DNA of 64,000 nucleotides from an uncultured Holosporaceae bacterium (GTDB lineage Bacteria; Pseudomonadota; Alphaproteobacteria; Holosporales; Hepatobacteraceae): NCBI GenBank assembly GCA_965661165.1, contig CBFICL010000001.1, positions 5,220 to 69,219 of the forward strand, read 5' to 3'. Shown piece by piece: positions 57,001 to 64,000 of this stretch (position 1 is its first letter; each line of letters starts with the position of its first letter). The notes under the pieces were generated by a model. It saw only the letters and a program-made list of their open reading frames with translations, ran no database searches and was not told where the DNA came from. The position numbers and the translations under genes were made by a program.

Positions 57001-57140
57001 GCTGAAGCCTCTTATGTCTAAGAGATAGATATAGACGAAAGCTTCTAGAATAGAAAGAATAAAGTCAAAAAAAATGCACAGAAGGCAATTTTGCCCTATA
57101 TTTTTATAAATAACTGTTATTGTTAGTTTTTTATGACAGA

Positions 57141-58469
57141 TTATTTGTTATCATTAAAAAGCTTTACCTGTGTCTTGGTGAAGGATGTGACAGTAAATCC
57201 GTCTATCAACTCATGAAAAAGAGCGTGCCAATTAAGCTCAACATGCAGGCGCATAAGGGCCGAGCCAATGCCCACGGCTGCGCGATCGAGGAACACAAAT
57301 TCTTTGGGCGGCATCATGCCTCCTTTTTCGCGCAAGAGCTTATGCACCTCTTCGGCAGTTTTGCGGCCTATCTCGCCTGAAGGGTCGGTGGTGATGAGGC
57401 GTGAGCGGTTATCAAGCAGGGGGTCATAGAGAAAACGGGCCCACAAGGTGAGCGGTTCGTAGAGATCATGGGATAGCTGGGTAAAGCCCAATTGCTCATA
57501 AGCTTCTTGAATGGTGGCTTTATGGTTTTGCTCAAGACCTTTGAACAGGTGCAAGATGCCCGCCACCGTTTTGGCTTTAAAGACGCGGACACAGCCAAAA
57601 TCCAGCATATTGAGGGTGCGGTCATGGGGGCTGAGGGTGTAGTTACCCAGGTGAGGGTCACCATGCAGCAGGCCTGCCGTATAAAGGGGGCGCCACCAGG
57701 CTTGGAACAGACGCGTGGCGATATCTTGCCGCACAGAAGCTGAGGCCTTGCAGAAGGTAAGAATGGAATCACCCTCCAGCCAAGACATGGTCAAAAGGCG
57801 TTTGGTGGAAAGATTCGCAAAAACCTTGGGCACAGCCACGCCCTGTTGTTTTTTGCTAAGAATTTGTTCAAACCAGCGGATATGTCGCGCTTCCTGCTCA
57901 TAATCAAGCTCTTCATAAAGGCGTTCTTTGATTTCCGCTTGAAAATTGTCTGTGAGAATAGCGCCGCCATAGCGTTCATAGATTTTGCAAAGCAGGGAGA
58001 GGTGTTTGAGATCTGTCTGAATGGCTGAGGCCATGTCTGGATATTGGAGTTTGAGCGCCAGCTCGTGTCCATCGCGTGTGGTGGCTTTATGGATTTGACC
58101 CAAGGAGGCGGCAAATATAGGTTTGTCATCAAAGTGCGCAAAGTGTGTGCGCCACTGGGGGCCTAATTCGCCCTTCATACGCCGTTTCGCAAAAGAGGGT
58201 CCCATGGGCGGGGCGTGGGCATTTAAAGTTAAGAAAGCATCTGCATAAGCAGGGGGGAGCATGCCGGGCACGGTGGCCAGGATTTGTCCAATCTTCATGA
58301 TGGGGCCTTTCAGGTGACCCAATTCTTGGGCCAGCGTTTGCGCAAAAACCTGTTCATCAGGGGCGAGGCGCAGGCGCTCTTCCATATTTTGCAAAAAAAC
58401 GCGGCCCAAAGTGCGCGCCGTGCTCCACGTACGACTCCATTTTGTGGGTGGCTCTTTGGGGTGATCCAT
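57141..58469 (-). CDS. ABC1/UbiB-family atypical kinase
   Basis: ORF 57141..58523 with the start placed at Met19 (ATG 58467-58469). KIGQILATVPGMLP, ASLGQIHKA, ALKLQYPD and LLHGDPHLGNY are ABC1 (AarF) family blocks. Confidence 0.82.
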   Translation of the reverse strand: MDHPKEPPTKWSRTWSTARTLGRVFLQNMEERLRLAPDEQVFAQTLAQELGHLKGPIMKIGQILATVPGMLPPAYADAFLTLNAHAPPMGPSFAKRRMKGELGPQWRTHFAHFDDKPIFAASLGQIHKATTRDGHELALKLQYPDMASAIQTDLKHLSLLCKIYERYGGAILTDNFQAEIKERLYEELDYEQEARHIRWFEQILSKKQQGVAVPKVFANLSTKRLLTMSWLEGDSILTFCKASASVRQDIATRLFQAWWRPLYTAGLLHGDPHLGNYTLSPHDRTLNMLDFGCVRVFKAKTVAGILHLFKGLEQNHKATIQEAYEQLGFTQLSHDLYEPLTLWARFLYDPLLDNRSRLITTDPSGEIGRKTAEEVHKLLREKGGMMPPKEFVFLDRAAVGIGSALMRLHVELNWHALFHELIDGFTVTSFTKTQVKLFNDNK

Positions 58470-58651
58470 ACAGGCAAATTCATAGACCGTTGAGGTGAGT
58501 GTAACAAAAAAAACTATTCCCATGTTAATGATAACAATCAGACAGAAGGGCAGGCAAAAATCTTTTAAAACAAAACATGGGTGAATCTTTATAGATCGAT
58601 GATAGGGTTTTTGTTAGGTTGGTTGGAAACTCAGAATGTGCGAGTCTGTCC

Positions 58652-60490
58652 ATGCGTTGTTTGTTACGCCTTTGTGTTCTTTTGGCTTTGTGGGCATGCG
58701 CTGTCTCAAAGGGCGCTGTTCTTGTGGGCGCGTCGGCAGAGCGCGTGACGGCCATCGCCATGCGCGGAGAGCCCAAGCACGCCAAAGGGTTGACGCATTT
58801 CTCTGTTTATAACCCTGATGCGCCCCAAGGTGGGCATGTGCATTTTGCGGAAATCAAGCATGTGTTTGACACAGTCAACCCCTTTGCTTTTGGGGCCAAC
58901 TGCGCCCAAGGGGTGGGGCGCTATCACTTTCTCACGTTTGACACATTGATGGAAAAAGCTCCCAATGAGCCCTTTTCCCTTTATGGGCGTTTGGCAAAAT
59001 CTGTCATATTAGCGCCGGATCGTTCGTCCATTACCTTCTATCTTGATCCACGCGCGCGCTTTCATGATGGCTCGCCTGTGTTGGCATCTGATGTGAAAGC
59101 CACGTTCGAAATTTTGGCAGAAAGGGCCGGGCCGGCCTATAAACTTTTTCATGCCAAAATTAAAAGCATTGATATTCTTGGCAAGCGTGTTGTGCGTATT
59201 GTGTTCTATCCCTTGGCTGATGGAAACTATGATAAAGAAGCCCCCTTTACGGTGGCGATGCGCGCTATTTTATCTGAAAAAGATATAAAAAATCGTGATT
59301 TTAATCAAGATCCCTTGCGACCCCTGATGGGAAGTGGTCCATACACGATCGAATCGGTGGATCCGGGCCGATCTATCACCTTTGTGCGTGCGCGCAATTA
59401 TTGGGGCCATGATCTTCCGGCCCTGAAGGGGTTATACAATTTTGAGCGCATTACCTATGACTATTTTTCCTCTGATGTGGTGGCGTTTGAGGCCTTTAAG
59501 GCGGGCCTGGTAGACCATTGGGTGGAGACATCACCGCAGCGGTGGGCGTCGGGGTATGATTTTCCGGCAGCAAAGCGCAATGCCGTGGTGCGCACACCTG
59601 TGTTTTTCAAAGATGCTGCCATTGTCACTTTTTTGGTGTTCAACCTCAAGCGCGCGCCGTTGCATCATCGCCACGTACGGTTGGCATTAGGGGGGTTGTT
59701 TGACTTTGAATGGATGAATAAAAACCTTCATCATAACACCTACAGCCGCAACGCCAGCCATTTTGCTGTGATGCCCTTTGAGGCGAAAGATCCCATCACG
59801 GCAGCAGAAAAAGGCGCTCTGATGGCTCTGCCTGATGTGCCGTCCTATGCTTTTGAGCCCATGCCCACACTGACGAAAACAAAAGGTGATGGCAACATTC
59901 GACCTTTGTTGGGGCCATCCCAGGCGCTGTTTAAGAAGGCCGGTTGGGCCTATCGAAAGGGGGCCCTACGGCACATCAAAACCGGCAAGCCCATGACCTT
60001 GACGCTGGTGATCACCGATCGTCGTTTTGAAAAGCTGGCCCTTATGTACAAGCGGGGGTTAAAGAAAGCAGGCGTGACCTTAACCATCAAGCTTGTCGAC
60101 AGCGCGCACTATCAAAAACTGCTGGCACAACGGGACTATGATATGATCATTACCAGTTATGGGACGGGCCTTTCCCCCGGCATCGAGCAACAACTTTATT
60201 ATGGAAGCTATTTTGCGGATGTGCCTTCGCGCAACCACGCCGGGGTCAACAGCAAAGCCATTGATGCCGTGATTGATAACATGATTCGCGCAGATAGCCA
60301 CGAAGCTCAGGTTTTTTATTGTCAGCTCTTAGATCGTTTGTTGCGTGTGGGCTATTATATGGTACCACTGGGCTATAAATCGTCGTCTGATGTGGCGTTT
60401 TGGCGCTGCCTGGCCCATCCGCCTCTGAAAACCCATTTTATTCCCTCCATTTATGCATGGTGGTGGGTGCCTGGATGCAAAAAGCAATAG
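58652..60490 (+). CDS. ABC transporter substrate-binding protein, family 5 (peptide/YejA-like)
   Basis: ORF 58619..60490. Met12 (ATG 58652) gives the signal peptide MRCLLRLCVLLALWACAVS. The size (about 610 aa) and blocks such as FHDGSPV.A.DV..TFE and GSGPY match SBP_bac_5/YejA-like proteins. There are no adjacent permease or ATPase genes. Confidence 0.75.
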   Translation: MRCLLRLCVLLALWACAVSKGAVLVGASAERVTAIAMRGEPKHAKGLTHFSVYNPDAPQGGHVHFAEIKHVFDTVNPFAFGANCAQGVGRYHFLTFDTLMEKAPNEPFSLYGRLAKSVILAPDRSSITFYLDPRARFHDGSPVLASDVKATFEILAERAGPAYKLFHAKIKSIDILGKRVVRIVFYPLADGNYDKEAPFTVAMRAILSEKDIKNRDFNQDPLRPLMGSGPYTIESVDPGRSITFVRARNYWGHDLPALKGLYNFERITYDYFSSDVVAFEAFKAGLVDHWVETSPQRWASGYDFPAAKRNAVVRTPVFFKDAAIVTFLVFNLKRAPLHHRHVRLALGGLFDFEWMNKNLHHNTYSRNASHFAVMPFEAKDPITAAEKGALMALPDVPSYAFEPMPTLTKTKGDGNIRPLLGPSQALFKKAGWAYRKGALRHIKTGKPMTLTLVITDRRFEKLALMYKRGLKKAGVTLTIKLVDSAHYQKLLAQRDYDMIITSYGTGLSPGIEQQLYYGSYFADVPSRNHAGVNSKAIDAVIDNMIRADSHEAQVFYCQLLDRLLRVGYYMVPLGYKSSSDVAFWRCLAHPPLKTHFIPSIYAWWWVPGCKKQ

Positions 60491-60566
60491 CTCGTTAGCA
60501 TGATCGACTCTTAAAGGCGCACGCGCGGTTCTGTCAGATAGATAGCGGGCGCGTGGAGCGCGTCTT

Positions 60567-61592
60567 TTAGGGCGTGGCAAAATTGAACTGATGTACCCAG
60601 CGCGTATCGTTGGCAAAAAAGGAGCGCAGGTCTTGGATGTTGTATTTCAGCATCGTCAAACGCTCTACGCCCATGCCAAAAGCCCACCCCTGATAGCGCT
60701 GAGGGTCAAGGTTCATTTCTTTCAGCACATTCGGATGAACCATGCCGCACCCCAAAACCTCCAGCCACTTTTGATGATGGCGGCTTTCAGGGTTATGAGG
60801 GTCGTCAAACAACACGTCCACCTCAGCTGAAGGCTTTGTGAACGGAAAGAAGTTAGGGCGAAAGCGCAACTTCATGGGGCGCTCAAAAAAGGTGTTAAGA
60901 AAAAATTCAAGGCACCATTTCAGGTGACCCATATGAATGCCAGGCTCAATCACTAAGCCTTCAATTTGGTGAAACATCGGTGTGTGTGTGGCATCATAGT
61001 CATCGCGATAGACCTTGCCAGGGGCGATAATGCGCAAGGGCGGCCTTTCTTCGGCCAAGGTGCGTATTTGCACGCTGGAGGTGTGTGTGCGAAGCAACAA
61101 CGCGCGATCTTGAATATAAAATGTGTCATGGGACAAACGCGCCGGGTGGTGAGCCGGAATGTTAAGGGCCGTAAAATTGTGATAGTCATCTTCAATCTCA
61201 GGCCCTTGGCGCACGGAAAAATCCATTCTTTCAAAAATGCGCACCATGTCTGCCATGGCTTTCGAAAGCGGGTGATAGCTGCCAAGGCACGCATCCGCAG
61301 GTGAAGGGGGCAGGGTCACGTCACAGGCATCTTGCTCAAGCTGGGCGAGACGTTCTGATTCTTGCAAAAGGCGATACTTTTCTTTCCACAGGGCATGAAA
61401 ATCGGCCTTTATTTGGTTTAAGCACGCCCCTTTTTCTTGACGCTCAGCGGGCGTGAGGTTCTTGAGTTTTTTCATCTCAAGGGTGAGGGCGCCATTTTTT
61501 CCCGAAAAAGCAAGGCGTACGGTCTCAAGATCATGCAGTGTGTTGGCTTGCGTAATGCGTTGCGCAAAAGTCTCTAGATTGATCGTTTCCAT
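60567..61592 (-). CDS. pheS: phenylalanine--tRNA ligase subunit alpha
   Basis: ORF 60567..61634 with the start placed at Met15 (ATG 61590-61592). The call rests on HPL, FYI.D..LLRTHTS.VQ.R, PGKVYRDD.DATH.PMFHQIEG and GWAFGMGVERL. These include the class II motifs 1-3. Confidence 0.92.
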   Translation of the reverse strand: METINLETFAQRITQANTLHDLETVRLAFSGKNGALTLEMKKLKNLTPAERQEKGACLNQIKADFHALWKEKYRLLQESERLAQLEQDACDVTLPPSPADACLGSYHPLSKAMADMVRIFERMDFSVRQGPEIEDDYHNFTALNIPAHHPARLSHDTFYIQDRALLLRTHTSSVQIRTLAEERPPLRIIAPGKVYRDDYDATHTPMFHQIEGLVIEPGIHMGHLKWCLEFFLNTFFERPMKLRFRPNFFPFTKPSAEVDVLFDDPHNPESRHHQKWLEVLGCGMVHPNVLKEMNLDPQRYQGWAFGMGVERLTMLKYNIQDLRSFFANDTRWVHQFNFATP

Positions 61593-61709
61593 ACCTTTTG
61601 TTCTATACACGAAGTCAGGCAGCGGGATCAACAAGAAAACACAAGATCTTTCAGCAAAGGCAGACCTTGTGTTTTCTTGACCTAAGGGGGCACTCCCCCC
61701 ACTCAGGTG

Positions 61710-62000
61710 TTAAGACTTTGTTTTGGGCTTGCGGGGGCCGGGTGAGGCTTTTGTTTTTTTGGGCTTGGTGCTTGGAGAGTCAGGTGCAGGGGTGGCTGGG
61801 CTGATTTCGTTCGCAGCCTTTTGCGCACCTTTAGAAGGCTGCCCCTTTCCTGCCAGCTTATCAAGAAGTTTAAGAGAAGAGGGTGACAGTGATTCATCAC
61901 GCACGCCTTGATTTTCTTCAAGGCTTTCCCGATAGGTTGCATACCACACAATAACACATGAAATGAGGGCAAGACTGATGGCCCAAAAGGCATACCACAT
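61710..62000 (-). CDS. cydX: CydX/CbdX-like small subunit of cytochrome bd oxidase with long basic C-terminal extension
   Basis: The N-terminus MWYAFWAISLALISCVIVWYA matches the CydX MWYFxW... TM helix. AGGAG lies 7 nt upstream of the ATG, 9 bp after the cydB stop. The 96-aa length is unusual for this family. Confidence 0.65.
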   Translation of the reverse strand: MWYAFWAISLALISCVIVWYATYRESLEENQGVRDESLSPSSLKLLDKLAGKGQPSKGAQKAANEISPATPAPDSPSTKPKKTKASPGPRKPKTKS

Positions 62001-62009
62001 AGATATCTC

Positions 62010-63155
62010 CTAATATAACTCGTGCGATTTCTTTTGAATGTCCTGCTTACTGACAGGACCCTTTAAGACATCATAGACCCAAGATGCTAACCAGATCATC
62101 AACGGCACAAAAATAAGGGCAGAAATCAGCATAATAATCAGAGTAAGGCGACTGCTTGAGGCATCCCACAAGGTGAGACTGTGATTCACATTGGTGAGCG
62201 ACGTGAGCAAAATAGGATAATTACCCAAACCCACACTGGCAATCACCATGGCCATCCGGACACAGCTCACCACAAAGGCCCAAAAGGCATGCTTGAGATA
62301 CATTCTGTGAATCAATACAGTGAGGCCAATGAAGCACACAAGAGAAATCAAGGTGCCTGCAGATAAGGGCAACCAACTCAAAAAATCTTTGGCCGGCTCC
62401 ACAGCTAATACAGATTTAGCCAAAGGGTTGGAAGGCATGTCTGTGCTCATGATGACATCGCGCAAGGGAATGGTGACGCGCCACACACACAAGAACACAA
62501 AGTACATCACAATGCTGGCCCACAACCGCAAGGGGATAAAATCCTGAACCTTCTTTTTTAAGGAGCCCTCTGTTTTGACACACAAATAAAGCGCGCCGTG
62601 GGTGACAAAAAGTAAAAGCCACACAAACCCTGAAGCCAGCGCGAGGGGGTGAAAGAGACTTGGAAGGTTGTTGTAGGCAATGAGCCGCAGATTGTCGTCA
62701 AACTCAAAGTAGGCACCACTGACAAGGGCACCAAGGACCAAGCCAAAGCATAACGAAGGAATAACGCCGCCTAAAAAGAGGCACGCATCCCACATGCCGC
62801 GCCATTTGGTGTTTTCAAGCTTGCTGCGGTATTTAAAGCCCACAGGCCGCAAAATCAGCGACGCCAAGACAAAAAACAGCGGCAAGTAAAACCCTGTAAA
62901 CAGTGCGCCATATAATAACGGCCATGCTGCAAAAATAGCGCCTGCCGCGAGGATAAGCCAAGCTTGGTTGCCTTCCCAGACAGGCCCTACGGTGTTAAGG
63001 AGCACGCGTCGCTCTTCGTCTTTTTTGGATACAAAAGGCATCAGGGATGCTACACCGAGGTCAAAGCCATCTGTGAGTGCAAAGATCCAAAAAATGACAC
63101 CCAACAATACCCACCAAATGATACGCAAGACGGTATAATCAAATAAGATGTCCAT
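62010..63155 (-). CDS. cydB: cytochrome d ubiquinol oxidase subunit II
   Basis: 381 aa, polytopic. The N-terminus is DYTVLRIIWWVLLGVIFWIFALTDGFDLG and VWEGNQAWLI is present. It lies directly after cydA. Confidence 0.92.
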   Translation of the reverse strand: MDILFDYTVLRIIWWVLLGVIFWIFALTDGFDLGVASLMPFVSKKDEERRVLLNTVGPVWEGNQAWLILAAGAIFAAWPLLYGALFTGFYLPLFFVLASLILRPVGFKYRSKLENTKWRGMWDACLFLGGVIPSLCFGLVLGALVSGAYFEFDDNLRLIAYNNLPSLFHPLALASGFVWLLLFVTHGALYLCVKTEGSLKKKVQDFIPLRLWASIVMYFVFLCVWRVTIPLRDVIMSTDMPSNPLAKSVLAVEPAKDFLSWLPLSAGTLISLVCFIGLTVLIHRMYLKHAFWAFVVSCVRMAMVIASVGLGNYPILLTSLTNVNHSLTLWDASSSRLTLIIMLISALIFVPLMIWLASWVYDVLKGPVSKQDIQKKSHELY

Positions 63156-63173
63156 GGTCTGTGTGTTCCTTCT

Positions 63174-64000
63174 TTATTCTGTCACGGGTTCAGATTTGGG
63201 TTTGACATGGCTGCCGCCACCATCATGTCCAAAGGCTTTATCAGGGCCTAAGCGGACATATTTGATCATCAAGAAGAGATCAACCACAAGCAAGGTTGTA
63301 TAGAGAAGGATAAAGCCGCCCAGGGTGGTGAACAACAGGGAGTGAGGCAATTGAGAGGCCCCCAGATAGGTGGGCAAAATCCGGTCAATGGCCCACGGTT
63401 GGCGCCCACATTCAGCCACAATCCATCCTGAGGATGATGCCATCCAAGGCAAAGGAATGGCCAGCATACCAATGCGTAAAAACCAATCCTTGTTGTCCAA
63501 AAGCACGTCTTTGCGCATCCACATAAAAGCCAGCGCAAAGAAGGCCACAAAAAAGAGGCCACACCCCACCATAATGCGGAAGCAAAAGAAAATGAGAGGC
63601 ACGTTGGGGATCAAGTCATGCGCGGCCCGTGTGATTTCTTCATTGGTGGCTTCAGACACATTCTCTGTGTGCCGTTTAAGTAAGAGGGCATATCCCAGAT
63701 ATTTTTGCTGATCTAAGACCGTTTGCTTGGCCTCTAAATCCGCAGGGTTCTTTTTGAATTGTTCAAGGGCTGTATAGGCCATAATGCCTTTGCGTATGCG
63801 CGGCTCGGCTCGCTCAACAATGTCGCGGATGCCAAGCACAGGTGTGCTGAAAGAACGCGTGGCAATCAAACCCATGATATAAGGGATTTTAATGGCGTAT
63901 TTTGTGCGCTCTTCTTGCATATCGGGCCAACCAATGACGGTGAGGCTGGCTGGCGGCGCTTCTGCGCGCCATTTGCCTTCCATGGCGGCCAGTTTCATTT
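63174..64000 (-). CDS. cydA: cytochrome bd ubiquinol oxidase subunit I (5' end outside window)
   Basis: The frame is open to the window edge. The C-terminal TM helices and the conserved GWIVAECGRQPW block are present. Confidence 0.9.
   Translation of the reverse strand, partial: MKLAAMEGKWRAEAPPASLTVIGWPDMQEERTKYAIKIPYIMGLIATRSFSTPVLGIRDIVERAEPRIRKGIMAYTALEQFKKNPADLEAKQTVLDQQKYLGYALLLKRHTENVSEATNEEITRAAHDLIPNVPLIFFCFRIMVGCGLFFVAFFALAFMWMRKDVLLDNKDWFLRIGMLAIPLPWMASSSGWIVAECGRQPWAIDRILPTYLGASQLPHSLLFTTLGGFILLYTTLLVVDLFLMIKYVRLGPDKAFGHDGGGSHVKPKSEPVTE

Overview
This 64-kb chromosomal segment looks alphaproteobacterial. The clues are thyX instead of thyA, an hflK-hflC-degP block, an alpha-type AddA, an RcGTA-type terminase and the sucCD and cydABX gene arrangements. 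Many lineage-specific secreted or membrane orphan genes suggest a host-associated, possibly intracellular, lineage; that is inference. I support about 53 protein-coding genes. By eye I found no rRNA, tRNA, CRISPR array or IS element. The housekeeping content covers several functions:
- TCA cycle: sucC and sucD.
- LPS transport and lipid A/Kdo: kdsD-lptC-lptA-lptB and msbA-waaA-lpxK.
- Translation: thrS, infC, rpmF, rpsO, rpsD, pheS, truB, tadA, rsmD.
- Heat shock and stress: hrcA-grpE, dps, hflKC-degP.
- Lipid synthesis: plsX-fabH.
- RNA turnover: pnp.
- Recombination: addA, xerD.
- Respiration: cytochrome bd.
The non-routine content is as follows:
1. A type VI secretion gene set is split into a tssL-tssM-tssA operon (37.5-43.7 kb) and a lone tssE (34.0 kb). 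Both sit among core genes, with no sheath, tube, spike or other baseplate genes in the window. The TssM is unusually long and has a degenerate P-loop.
2. A Sec-signal protein carries an in-frame 60-bp tandem repeat encoding TSENxDYDVP units. These are YxxP, p130Cas-like SH2 docking motifs, as in EPIYA-class effectors.
3. Two tandem paralogues of an unrecognised Cys-rich single-pass membrane protein family lie next to a small tail-anchored protein, each behind an AT-rich spacer.
4. An orphan GTA-type large terminase sits beside xerD.
5. A CydX homologue has a roughly 65-aa basic tail.
6. An ORF-poor, structured gap of about 0.9 kb is unassigned.
Coordinates of alternative starts were derived from the ORF track and checked against the printed sequence.
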